From an uncultured virus (IMG/VR IMGVR_UViG_3300032268_000759) (taxonomy: Duplodnaviria; Heunggongvirae; Uroviricota; Caudoviricetes): a stretch of DNA of 64,000 nucleotides. Of the stretch, positions 1 to 9,287 are shown piece by piece. A program made the position numbers and the translations under genes. The notes beneath the pieces are model-generated. The model was not told the origin of the DNA. It saw only the letters and a program-made list of their open reading frames with translations, and did not search any database. Numbering within the stretch: position 1 is the stretch's first letter; each line of letters begins with the position of its first letter. The stretch lies in IMG/VR virus record IMGVR_UViG_3300032268_000759, positions 32,001 through 96,000 of that record; one strand, given 5' to 3'.

Positions 1-2
1 GT

Positions 3-230
3 AAACAAAAAGATAAAATAGAAGTTAAAGGTAGAGGAGGAACAGCATTTGAACCTGTAATTAAATATTTAAATACTCATAAAGGTAAATATCAAAATAT
101 TATTTATTTGACTGATGGTGAATGTCCAGCACCTTCTACTAAACCAGCTAGACCTATATTATGGGTTATAAGTGAAAGTGGAACTATGGGAGATGATTTA
201 CCAGGTGCTAAAGTTCAAATCAAAAGATAA
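3..230 (+). CDS. VWA-like domain protein (DUF2201-type), 5'-truncated
   Basis: Frame 3 reads KQKDKIEVKGRGGTAFEPV...IIYLTDGE...ILWVI to TAA at 228-230; GRGGT/TDG motifs; next to MoxR ATPase; not in ORF track. Confidence 0.75.
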   Translation, partial: KQKDKIEVKGRGGTAFEPVIKYLNTHKGKYQNIIYLTDGECPAPSTKPARPILWVISESGTMGDDLPGAKVQIKR

Positions 231-234
231 TAGG

Positions 235-266
235 TTTGGCTTTTCAGAACTATTATGTTATATTTA
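235..266 (+). promoter_or_regulatory. Bacteroidota-type housekeeping sigma promoter (-33/-7)
   Basis: TTTG 235-238, 20 nt spacer, TATATTTA 259-266. Confidence 0.7.
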
Positions 267-308
267 CAATGTTAAAAAGATAAAATAATAATTAAAAAAA
301 TAAAGGTT

Positions 309-1496
309 ATGGCTAAAAAAACAACAAAAACAGAAGCGTTATCGTTAAATCCAAACGAATTAAAGGATTTTTTAAAACACATCATTACTAATAATCGTTA
401 TTTACAGGATAATAATAAGATTCCTGTATCAACTGAGGTAGTAGGTGAATCAGGTATTGGTAAAACATCATCAATTATTCAACTAGCTGAAGAGTTAGAT
501 TTGAGTTTTGTTAAATTAAATTTAGCTCAAATTGAAGAAATAGGTGACTTAGTAGGATTTCCAATCCGTCAATTTGAAATGGAACTAGATGGTTCTAAAT
601 TATGGATTGATGAACATGCATTTGATGAGTATAGGAAATTAGGTTATAATTCAACTTCTAAAAATAGAATGAGTTATTGTCCACCTGAATGGATTGCTGG
701 CAAATCAAATGGAGGTATTTTATTATTAGATGATTGGAATAGAGCTGACATTAGGTTTATTCAAGCTGTAATGGAATTAATAGATCGTCAACAATATATT
801 AGTTGGAAGTTACCTAAAGATTGGCATATTATTTTAACCGCTAATCCTGATAATGGTGACTATTTAGTTAACAGTATTGATACCGCCCAAAAAACACGTT
901 TTATCTCAGCTAATCTTAAATTTGATTTAAACAGTTGGGGTAAGTGGGCAGAGGAGAATGGGTTAGATGGTCGTTGTATAAATTTCTTATTAATGCATCC
1001 TGAATTAGTTACTAAGGAAATAAATGCTAGGAGTATAGTAATGTTCTTTAATTCAATATCATCTATTAAAACATTTGAAGAACAATTATCATTAATTCAG
1101 ATGATTGGTGAAGGTAGTGTTGGTACTGAGTTTGCTAGTTTATTTACAATGTTTATTAATAATAAATTAGATAAGATGATTTCACCACAAAACATATTTG
1201 AACAAGATGAGAAATATGTTATGAATACTCTAAAAGGTTTAGTAGGTAAAGATAAAAATTATAGAGCAGATATTGCCTCAACATTAGGTACTAGGGTTGT
1301 TAATTATTTAGATGTTTATTCTAAAACAAATAAAATTGAAAAACCATTAATAGATCGTTTAAGTAAAATTGTTACAGATGAGATTTTTGCTACTGATATT
1401 TGTTATCAAATGGTAAAATCAATTTATAATAATAATCCAAGTAAATTTAATTTATTAATGTTAAATAAAGATTTAGTTAAGTATATTATTAAATAA
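309..1496 (+). CDS. MoxR-like AAA+ ATPase
   Basis: Walker A GESGIGKT, Walker B LLLDDWNRA, ILTANP, DTAQKTRF arginine finger. Confidence 0.85.
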   Translation: MAKKTTKTEALSLNPNELKDFLKHIITNNRYLQDNNKIPVSTEVVGESGIGKTSSIIQLAEELDLSFVKLNLAQIEEIGDLVGFPIRQFEMELDGSKLWIDEHAFDEYRKLGYNSTSKNRMSYCPPEWIAGKSNGGILLLDDWNRADIRFIQAVMELIDRQQYISWKLPKDWHIILTANPDNGDYLVNSIDTAQKTRFISANLKFDLNSWGKWAEENGLDGRCINFLLMHPELVTKEINARSIVMFFNSISSIKTFEEQLSLIQMIGEGSVGTEFASLFTMFINNKLDKMISPQNIFEQDEKYVMNTLKGLVGKDKNYRADIASTLGTRVVNYLDVYSKTNKIEKPLIDRLSKIVTDEIFATDICYQMVKSIYNNNPSKFNLLMLNKDLVKYIIK

Positions 1497-1498
1497 TG

Positions 1499-1530
1499 TT
1501 TGGCTCCTCAGGGAGCCTTCATTATATTTA
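1499..1530 (+). promoter_or_regulatory. Bacteroidota-type promoter overlapping a hairpin
   Basis: TTTG 1499-1502, N20, TATATTTA 1523-1530; hairpin GGCTCC-TCAG-GGAGCC 1502-1517. Confidence 0.7.
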
Positions 1531-1557
1531 TGATGTAAAAAATAAAAAATAAAGGTT

Positions 1558-2682
1558 ATGATAAAAAACAGCACATTAAAAACACACATTATTACTCAAA
1601 TCAATTATAATAATCATGGTGATTCTATGACTTATAATAATTGGAATAGAAGTTTTTACTTTGATTCACTTCAAATTAATAAATTAAGACTTAAAATTAA
1701 TCAATTATTAGAAAATAATAATACTTTAAGTAGTAGTGATTTGATTTATACTAATTCTTCTAGTGATATTCCTCGTTTTAAATTAAAAGAATTTATGATT
1801 GAAAAAGGTATTAATCGTACCTCTAGAATAGAACAAAGTACTTGTATTTTATTAAGTAAAAAATTATTACAAGAACTAAAAGGAATGAAAAAATTATTTG
1901 ATGATAAAGAAATAATATATTTTGTTAGTGAAGAAGTAGCTAGTATGTTATATAATGGATGGAATAATGATAAAAACTATTATGTTAAACCAGAAAAACC
2001 AAGTTTTAATGTAGATAAATGGTTATATTTACCAGAGTGGGTTATCAAACCATCAACAAATTATAATGTTTCTCTAACTAATTCTAAAAAATATGGTAAA
2101 TATGTTCCTACTCATTTTACTAAAGAAGAAGTATATATGATAGATCATAGAAGTAAAAAGTGGGTTGATTTATTAGACACAGTTAATTTCTTATATGAAA
2201 ATCCTAATATTAAAGTAGTATTTGATGAGGATTTATTTAAAGATCTTAATAAAGAAGGTATGGTTTTAGATTCAGATATAGAATCAACTTTAAAAGATAT
2301 GATTTATAGTAAAGATAAAGATAATATTAAATTAGGTTTAGAATTGATTTCTAATCTAGAGGTAAATGATCATACTTTATATAAAATGTCTTTACTATTA
2401 AATAACTTTATTAATATGGGTGGTGATAGACTTAATAGAAGTAATAGAGCTCAAATAACTCAATTATCTATGAATAATCGTAATTTAAAAACACTTTTAA
2501 ATACATTTAAAACTAAAGAAATATATTGGGATAGAGATTGGAAAACATTTGCTTCAGGTTTAATTAAAAACTTTAGAGGTACAGAACATGAAATACTAAT
2601 TAAAGAGTATTTTATTGATAAATTAAATAATGAGTTTGCATCATTATCAGGAGTAAAAATAGAGGATATTAAATTTGCTTAA
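1558..2682 (+). CDS. hypothetical protein
   Basis: 374 aa ORF after promoter; no confident motif. Confidence 0.6.
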   Translation: MIKNSTLKTHIITQINYNNHGDSMTYNNWNRSFYFDSLQINKLRLKINQLLENNNTLSSSDLIYTNSSSDIPRFKLKEFMIEKGINRTSRIEQSTCILLSKKLLQELKGMKKLFDDKEIIYFVSEEVASMLYNGWNNDKNYYVKPEKPSFNVDKWLYLPEWVIKPSTNYNVSLTNSKKYGKYVPTHFTKEEVYMIDHRSKKWVDLLDTVNFLYENPNIKVVFDEDLFKDLNKEGMVLDSDIESTLKDMIYSKDKDNIKLGLELISNLEVNDHTLYKMSLLLNNFINMGGDRLNRSNRAQITQLSMNNRNLKTLLNTFKTKEIYWDRDWKTFASGLIKNFRGTEHEILIKEYFIDKLNNEFASLSGVKIEDIKFA

Positions 2683-2705
2683 GTAAAATATCTATATTAT
2701 ATTAT
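2674..2705 (+). promoter_or_regulatory. Bacteroidota-type promoter
   Basis: TTTG 2674-2677, N20, TATATTAT 2698-2705. Confidence 0.6.
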
Positions 2706-2732
2706 AAACAAATAAAATAAGTTAAAACAAAA

Positions 2733-2915
2733 ATGAAAAAAGTAATCGTTTTAGTTGCTATTGCAACAGTATTTATGTCATGTACATCAAATAACAATTC
2801 AAATTCAGGTCTATTAGGTGGTGATTCAGCTACAGTATCAGTTGATTCTACAAATGTAGAATGTTGTGATTCAACAGCATTAGAATCAGCTATTCAAGAT
2901 ACATTTACAAACTAG
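2733..2915 (+). CDS. small lipoprotein
   Basis: MKK-hydrophobic stretch-lipobox VFMSC; acidic tail with DSA/DST/DST. Confidence 0.75.
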   Translation: MKKVIVLVAIATVFMSCTSNNNSNSGLLGGDSATVSVDSTNVECCDSTALESAIQDTFTN

Positions 2916-2995
2916 TATCACAAGAATTACAGTTTTAATTCCCAATAAAGACTAGAAGATATTCTAGAAACTAATTGGGGATTTCTTCTTGCCTT

Positions 2996-3412
2996 ATGGA
3001 CATAGAAAAAATATTTGACTTATTTGATACACCAGATGAACCTAAAAAACAGGTCATAATGGATATAAGTGAGCATCCTGCTTTTTGGATAGGTATGTTT
3101 CGTAAAATTATTATGAATCATTCTAACTTTAATTCAGCCCAATTATCTGTCTTTAAAACGGCTTTCCCTAATATGGACATAAACGATATTAGGAACGCAG
3201 GTGAGTTTATTATATACACTAGATCATACGAATTCTTACAGAAATTAAATATTGAGCGTGAGTTCGATTTACAGATATTAAAAGATAGCACTTCTATTGA
3301 GTTAGTTGTGTCTTTAAAATTATCTATTTCATATTTTGAAAGTATTGAAGAATATGAAAAATGTGCCTTTTTAATAAAGATTTTAACAATAGTGGAAGAA
3401 GGTTTAACCTAA
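2996..3412 (+). CDS. hypothetical protein with C-terminal UVR-like motif
   Basis: ATG at 2996 preferred; ends ESIEEYEKCAFLIKIL. Confidence 0.55.
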   Translation: MDIEKIFDLFDTPDEPKKQVIMDISEHPAFWIGMFRKIIMNHSNFNSAQLSVFKTAFPNMDINDIRNAGEFIIYTRSYEFLQKLNIEREFDLQILKDSTSIELVVSLKLSISYFESIEEYEKCAFLIKILTIVEEGLT

Positions 3413-3539
3413 GTTAGGCCTTTTACCTATTAATACGTATCTTCTAATTACGGAAATAGGGAATTAGGGAACAGGAAAAAAATGAGATTAGAGAGAATGA
3501 ATAAGGTAACAGATGAAATAAACGAGAAAATAAAATAAT

Positions 3540-3740
3540 ATGAGATACAGAGAATTAACAACACGCAAGATCGAGAACATCGAGGGACAGCTGAAAGCGC
3601 TGAAATTTATGGTAAACAGAGGAGAACCAATACAAGATTTTCTTAATACTATAGAACATACTGAAAGTATCTTAGCTGAAGTAAAATCACTTCTCCAACA
3701 AGAACCACTCTCAGCAGATGAAGGATTTGGATTACAATAA
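3540..3740 (+). CDS. hypothetical protein
   Basis: 66 aa helical ORF. Confidence 0.6.
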   Translation: MRYRELTTRKIENIEGQLKALKFMVNRGEPIQDFLNTIEHTESILAEVKSLLQQEPLSADEGFGLQ

Positions 3741-3757
3741 TTTAATACTAAATAGTT

Positions 3758-4540
3758 ATGACATTAACAGCAGAACAAATACAAGAAAATTGGGATATAC
3801 TAATGTCTCAAATTGATACTTATATTTCTGAACCTCGTAGAACTAAACTTAAAGAATTCTATTCTAAATTTCAGGAACGTATTATGATGATGCCTGCATC
3901 ACATAAGAAAGAGTACCATAATGCTATGCCTGGAGGATATGTAGAACATGTTGTTCGAGTTATAGATTGTTCACTTAAAATAAATAATATTTGGGAAGAA
4001 ATGGGAGTAGATAATACTACATATACTCTTGAAGAATTAGTATTTTCAGCTTTGAATCATGACTTAGGTAAAATTGGAGATGAAGAAAATGAATCATATA
4101 TCCCTCAGACTGATCAATGGAGACGAGATAAGCTAGGAGAAGAATATATGTTTAACTCTAAGATACCATTTGCATCAGTACCTGATCGAGGTTTATTCCT
4201 ATTACAATCTCATGGTATCCAGTATACATTTAATGAGATGATTACTATCCAGACTCATGATGGTTTATATGATGAGGCAAATAAGAAATATTTAATGACT
4301 TATATGCCAGAACAAAAACCACGTACTGCTTTACCATTTATAATTCATCAAGGTGATTTTATGGCCGCCAGAATTGAGTGGGAACGTGATTGGCTACCTA
4401 AATTAAACTCAAACGTGCCTAACACAGGAAAAAATAGTACATTGTCGAATAAATCAGATACTAAAAAACTCCCAACTAAATCTAAAGCTCTTAGTAGTAT
4501 TAAGAGTGCAGGATTAATGAATATGTTAGATAATTTATGA
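3758..4540 (+). CDS. HD-domain phosphohydrolase
   Basis: YHNAMPGGYVEH...NHDLGKIG...THDG...HQGD. Confidence 0.85.
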   Translation: MTLTAEQIQENWDILMSQIDTYISEPRRTKLKEFYSKFQERIMMMPASHKKEYHNAMPGGYVEHVVRVIDCSLKINNIWEEMGVDNTTYTLEELVFSALNHDLGKIGDEENESYIPQTDQWRRDKLGEEYMFNSKIPFASVPDRGLFLLQSHGIQYTFNEMITIQTHDGLYDEANKKYLMTYMPEQKPRTALPFIIHQGDFMAARIEWERDWLPKLNSNVPNTGKNSTLSNKSDTKKLPTKSKALSSIKSAGLMNMLDNL

Positions 4541-4812
4541 TAGCAATAATAACAACATTAAGCGTTTTGGTCGTGATCTTAGGATTCACGACCATTAATC
4601 TTTTGCGAAAAAATGAAAAAGCAGAAGATATTATATTCTCATATAGAGAATACATTACTCAAGTCACAGAGGTAATTGATCAATCTAGTAAAAAATTAGA
4701 TGAAATTGATCAAAAAGGTATATTTAAAAGTGATGATGAAATTGGTTGGTTTTTTGAGAAAGTAAAATTAATTCAAGAAATATTAGACCAATATAGATTA
4801 AAAAACTTTTAA
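4537..4812 (+). CDS. membrane-anchored hypothetical protein
   Basis: N-terminal TM helix then coiled coil. Confidence 0.6.
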   Translation: MIAIITTLSVLVVILGFTTINLLRKNEKAEDIIFSYREYITQVTEVIDQSSKKLDEIDQKGIFKSDDEIGWFFEKVKLIQEILDQYRLKNF

Positions 4813-4813
4813 T

Positions 4814-5515
4814 ATGACTAAAGTAAAGAAAAAATCAGTTCAATATTTTACATCTGCTACAGAGGCAGCTATTGTAGAGTATAATAAAAGTGAGTCATTT
4901 AAAGATAAAAGTAAAATATATTACGAACGGATACATCCTGCTTTTCTTAAGTTAACAGAAAATATAATTCATACCTTTAAATTCTACTATACTGAAGTAG
5001 ATAATATAGAGGATTTACAACATGAGGTTATAACATTCCTATTATCAAAAATCCATCTATTCAACCCAGATAAAGGCGCTAAAGCCTACTCTTACTTTGG
5101 AACAATAGCAAAGCGTTACCTTATAATATCTAATGCTAAAAACTATAAAAAACGAGTAGATAAAGTGCCTATTGAAGATATAAGTGAAGATGAACGTCAT
5201 TCTTATATTATTGATCCAAATGTTGGGAGCCATGAAAAATTATATTGGTTCATAGATCAATATGTAGAACATTGTACTAATAATATATTTAAGATGTTCC
5301 CTAAAGAAATAGATGCCAAAATAGCAGATGCTATTCTTGAATTATTTCGTAAACGTGAACATATTGATATATTTAATAAAAAAGCATTATACATATATAT
5401 CCGTGAAATAATTGATGCTAAGACACCTAAAATAACAAAAATAGCTAATACATTATACTCTACATTTAAAAATGGGTATGCTTTTTATTTAGAATATGGA
5501 TATGTAAAGTTTTGA
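4814..5515 (+). CDS. phage late-transcription sigma factor (T4 gp55-like)
   Basis: Sigma region 2-like DLQHEVITFL...FNPDKGAKAYSYFGTIAKRYLI. Confidence 0.75.
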   Translation: MTKVKKKSVQYFTSATEAAIVEYNKSESFKDKSKIYYERIHPAFLKLTENIIHTFKFYYTEVDNIEDLQHEVITFLLSKIHLFNPDKGAKAYSYFGTIAKRYLIISNAKNYKKRVDKVPIEDISEDERHSYIIDPNVGSHEKLYWFIDQYVEHCTNNIFKMFPKEIDAKIADAILELFRKREHIDIFNKKALYIYIREIIDAKTPKITKIANTLYSTFKNGYAFYLEYGYVKF

Positions 5516-5523
5516 TCTATTTA

Positions 5524-5531
5524 TATTTATA
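5524..5531 (+). promoter_or_regulatory. putative late promoter TATTTATA (first of about 15 intergenic copies)
   Basis: TATTTAT[ATC] also at 7994, 17637, 20777, 23426, 26983, 30829, 39537, 42349, 44252, 45768, 50936, 51641, 55470, 59187. Confidence 0.65.
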
Positions 5532-5551
5532 ATTAAATAATTAACATAAAT

Positions 5552-5893
5552 ATGAGTGATTTTGATAAAATAGTATTTGGTAAAACTAAATTTTCTGATT
5601 TGTTGGAAGAAATATATGATAACCAAAAGAAAAAAGCTCGTCAAATTTCCGCTTTAATAACTGAATTAAAACCATTAGTAGGTGATATAGGTGATGCTAC
5701 ATTAATTGTTCCTTTAATAAAAGAATATCTTGAAATAGATGTTAAAAATGATGAGCAACTAATTAAAATAGCTACAATCATCCAGCGAGCTATGAATAAT
5801 GCTACTCCAACTGATGATGGATTTGGTATTTCTGAAGCTGAAAAAGCTCAATTATTAGCAGATATTAATAAAGTTAGTAAAGAAGATAAATAA
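5552..5893 (+). CDS. hypothetical helical protein
   Basis: 113 aa ORF, first gene after late motif. Confidence 0.6.
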   Translation: MSDFDKIVFGKTKFSDLLEEIYDNQKKKARQISALITELKPLVGDIGDATLIVPLIKEYLEIDVKNDEQLIKIATIIQRAMNNATPTDDGFGISEAEKAQLLADINKVSKEDK

Positions 5894-7134
5894 TGGCTAA
5901 ATTTAGAGAAGGTCAAGGAGCAATAAATAATGTTCATAACTCAACTCCATATGATAATGTTTTAGCAGGTTTATCTCAAAAGATTAAGTCAGTAGACACT
6001 AATGTAGTTAGAGTTAAAAGTATTATTCTTGATCCAACTCATCCTAGATATGATGAGTTAGGTGGAGAAAATAGTATTGGTACTATTATATTTGATGACA
6101 ATATTGAAATACCTAATATTAGTAATGATATTAGTGCATTTCCATATGCTCGTCCATTATATAGTAATATAAAACATTATCCTTTAATTAATGAATTAGT
6201 TTATATTTTTAGATTTCCTTCAAATGAAATAGGAAAAAATACAGCTCTTAAACAAATATATTATGCAGATGTAGTTTCATTATGGAACCATCCCCATCAT
6301 AATGCTTATCCAGACACACCTAATGCTTTACCTCCATCACAAGATAAAGATTATACAGAAACTGAAGCAGGTAGTGTTAGACGAGTAACAGATCAATCTA
6401 CTGAAATAAATTTAGGTGTTACATTTAAAGAACGAGATAATATACATCCTCTAACTCCATTTGAAGGAGATTTTATAACAGAAGGAAGATGGGGTAATAG
6501 TATTAGATTAGGTTCTACTGTTAAGGATACATCTAATAATTGGTCAGTCACAGGTACAGATGGAGATCCAATTATTATTTTTCGTAATGGTCAAGGAAAA
6601 CAAAATAATGATGGATGGGTTCATATTACTGAAGATATAAATAATGATGAATCATCTATTTATCTAACTAGTACTCAACAAATACCAATAAAAGCATCAA
6701 GTACTAATTATACTAGTTATAAAACTCAACCTGATAATCCAAGTCAATACTCAGGTAAACAAATAATATTAAATTCAGGTCGTTTAATACTAAATAGTAC
6801 TAATGACCATATACTCCTTACCTCTAATAAAACTATTAATTTAAACGCGGTATCCTCAATTAATATTGACAGTCCTACAACTATAATACAATCAAAATCA
6901 GTATTATTAGGTGGTAAAAACGCTACTGAATCTATATTATTAGGTGATACTACTATTAATTTATTAGTTGGATTAGTTGATCAATTAACTGCTTTAACTC
7001 AGGCCTTAACTACAGTAATGCCAGATGCTGGTCCTGCTGTTAGCCCCGCAGCAATTCAGTTAATACCATACTTAACCCAGTTAAGATTACAACTACGTAA
7101 TACTACACTCTCAAAAATAAGTAAAACATTATAA
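5893..7134 (+). CDS. baseplate hub/central spike protein (gp5-like)
   Basis: OB-fold-like N-terminus, EGDFITEGRWGNSIRLG, beta-helix-like QIILNSGRLILNS; upstream of gp25. Confidence 0.6.
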   Translation: MAKFREGQGAINNVHNSTPYDNVLAGLSQKIKSVDTNVVRVKSIILDPTHPRYDELGGENSIGTIIFDDNIEIPNISNDISAFPYARPLYSNIKHYPLINELVYIFRFPSNEIGKNTALKQIYYADVVSLWNHPHHNAYPDTPNALPPSQDKDYTETEAGSVRRVTDQSTEINLGVTFKERDNIHPLTPFEGDFITEGRWGNSIRLGSTVKDTSNNWSVTGTDGDPIIIFRNGQGKQNNDGWVHITEDINNDESSIYLTSTQQIPIKASSTNYTSYKTQPDNPSQYSGKQIILNSGRLILNSTNDHILLTSNKTINLNAVSSINIDSPTTIIQSKSVLLGGKNATESILLGDTTINLLVGLVDQLTALTQALTTVMPDAGPAVSPAAIQLIPYLTQLRLQLRNTTLSKISKTL

Positions 7135-7988
7135 TGGCTTTAGGAATTGATATAATCACAATCCAAAATTCTATACCTGATAATTTAAAGAGACAGGGTA
7201 TAGATAAGTTATCTAGTGTACTTATTAAAAAAGGTGAGGAGATTAAAACTCAAATTGAACCTAAATTAACACAAGAGATTCAAAAAGCAAAAGATGTATC
7301 ATTATGTGATGATATAGAGAAATTAAATCAATTAATTCAAACTCGAAATAATATAGTAAGTAAATTAAATAGTATATCTAAATTTGTAAATCAAGTATCA
7401 TTAGCATTTACAGGTATATCCACTTTACTTCAATTATTAATATTAGCTAAAAATATATTAGATGTCACTACATTGGCGTCATATATCGCATTAGGTTTTG
7501 CACCTGCGGTACCTGGTGCGGCAATCACTGCTATTGGCACTGTTCAAGATGCTTCAAATAAAATAACATATGATACTTTAGGTGCTTCACGTTTAGAAAA
7601 AGCCCAAAATATAATTGGAGGAGCAGCTATAGCAATAGCAGTATTATCAGCTACTATAAAAAGTGTTATATTATTATTAAATCAATTGGATGCTGAATTA
7701 AGTAAATGTACTAATATAGAATTAGACCCAGTTGATCAAAATTTAATTGATATAAGTAATCAAGTAATTGAAGCTGAAGCTACTATTAATGAGTCAATCT
7801 ATAAAGGATTTACTATTGAAATAGAAACAGTTCCATATGCAAATAATGTAGATCGTTATAAAGCAATTGGAGTTAATAGTGATGGTATTAAGTTAATAGA
7901 AACACCATTATCATTCACAACAAATAAGCAAACTTTAATAGATGAACTAAAATTTATTATTGATAGAGATAATTTAAAAGCTAATTAA
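7134..7988 (+). CDS. hypothetical virion protein
   Basis: Coupled ORF in baseplate operon; hydrophobic helices. Confidence 0.5.
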   Translation: MALGIDIITIQNSIPDNLKRQGIDKLSSVLIKKGEEIKTQIEPKLTQEIQKAKDVSLCDDIEKLNQLIQTRNNIVSKLNSISKFVNQVSLAFTGISTLLQLLILAKNILDVTTLASYIALGFAPAVPGAAITAIGTVQDASNKITYDTLGASRLEKAQNIIGGAAIAIAVLSATIKSVILLLNQLDAELSKCTNIELDPVDQNLIDISNQVIEAEATINESIYKGFTIEIETVPYANNVDRYKAIGVNSDGIKLIETPLSFTTNKQTLIDELKFIIDRDNLKAN

Positions 7989-8005
7989 TTAAATATTTAT
8001 AACAA

Positions 8006-8356
8006 ATGAAACCAAGTGAATTTAAACAAATAATTAAAGAATCGGTTAGAGAAGCGATTCAGGATGAACTAAAAGATATACTTTTAGAAGCCCTTAAAAC
8101 TACTAAAACTCAAGTTACAGAACATGTGGTATCTAAAAATATAAATGATGTAATACCAACCGCAGATAAACGTCAAGCTTATATGAATGTATTAAATGAA
8201 ACTGCTGGATTTGCACCAGGCGCTGAAACCATCAGTATGAATACTAATAACATATTCAGACCAACAGGTACTAATACAGCAGCAGAAGGTTCATCATTAC
8301 CACCAGGTGAGGTAGATATGAGTCAAATTATGGGTTTATTAAATCCTAATAAATAA
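8006..8356 (+). CDS. hypothetical protein with MKxSEFKQIIKE leader
   Basis: N-terminal helix shared with putative cargo proteins. Confidence 0.55.
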   Translation: MKPSEFKQIIKESVREAIQDELKDILLEALKTTKTQVTEHVVSKNINDVIPTADKRQAYMNVLNETAGFAPGAETISMNTNNIFRPTGTNTAAEGSSLPPGEVDMSQIMGLLNPNK

Positions 8357-8883
8357 TGGCATACGGTATATTTTACATATATTGCCACCGTAGAAAAACA
8401 GACGGAAAATGCTTTTATATAGGTAAAGGTACCGGATATAGATATAAACATTCATATGGTAGAAATAACTATTGGAATAATATAGTTAATAAATATGGAT
8501 TCACTTGGGAAATATTAGTAAATAACATCACTGAAGAAAAAGCATTTGAACTTGAATCTATTATTTGTAACCAAATCGGTTACGAAAATTTATGTAATAT
8601 AAATCAAGAAAAAGGAAATGGAGGATGGACTAGATCTGATGAAACCATTTTTAAATTAAAAAAACCAAAACCTAAAGGATTTGGTGATAAAATTAGTAAA
8701 ACTAAAACTAAATATATTGTATTGCAATATTCTTTAGATAATATATTTATTAAAGAATGGGATAATACATATGAAGCTGCTGAATATGTAGATGGAAATG
8801 CAACAGCTATAAGAGGATGTTGCACAGGAGAAAGAAAAACAGCTAATGGATATATTTGGAAATATAAATTAAAAACAACATGA
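8356..8883 (+). CDS. GIY-YIG homing endonuclease with NUMOD-type C-terminus
   Basis: FYIYCH...FYIGKG...R...E...N; VLQYSLD...KTANGYIWKY. Confidence 0.85.
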   Translation: MAYGIFYIYCHRRKTDGKCFYIGKGTGYRYKHSYGRNNYWNNIVNKYGFTWEILVNNITEEKAFELESIICNQIGYENLCNINQEKGNGGWTRSDETIFKLKKPKPKGFGDKISKTKTKYIVLQYSLDNIFIKEWDNTYEAAEYVDGNATAIRGCCTGERKTANGYIWKYKLKTT

Positions 8884-9287
8884 GCTACGGAGCTAAAAAA
8901 ATATTTCCTATTGATAAGAAACCTAGAGTAGCCATAGGTGTGGGTATTCCTTTTAATCAACCTGGAGTATTTAGTTCTACTTATTTAACTCAAGATGCTA
9001 TTAAAACTAATTTAATTAATTATTTTCTTACTAATGCTGGTGAAAGATATATGAATCCTTCATTTGGAGGAAATTTAAGACAATTCATATTTCAACAAAT
9101 AACTAATGGTAATATTGATTTTTTAAAAGAAGATATTCAAACAAAAATAAATCAATATTTCCCTAGTGTAATAATAGGTAATTTAGATATATTACAAGAC
9201 ACTGATAATAATACTATAACTGTACAATTGTATTATTCAATAGCAGATACAGGTATAAATGATAACTTACAATTAGAATTTCAATAA
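8880..9287 (+). CDS. baseplate wedge subunit (gp25-like)
   Basis: IKTNLINYFLTNAGERYMNPSFGGNL motif. Confidence 0.85.
   Translation: MSYGAKKIFPIDKKPRVAIGVGIPFNQPGVFSSTYLTQDAIKTNLINYFLTNAGERYMNPSFGGNLRQFIFQQITNGNIDFLKEDIQTKINQYFPSVIIGNLDILQDTDNNTITVQLYYSIADTGINDNLQLEFQ

Noticed and set aside
4414-4445. Possible internal promoter CGTG-N20-TACATTGT upstream of the sigma gene
   Set aside because: Both boxes deviate from the consensus and lie in coding sequence; insufficient support
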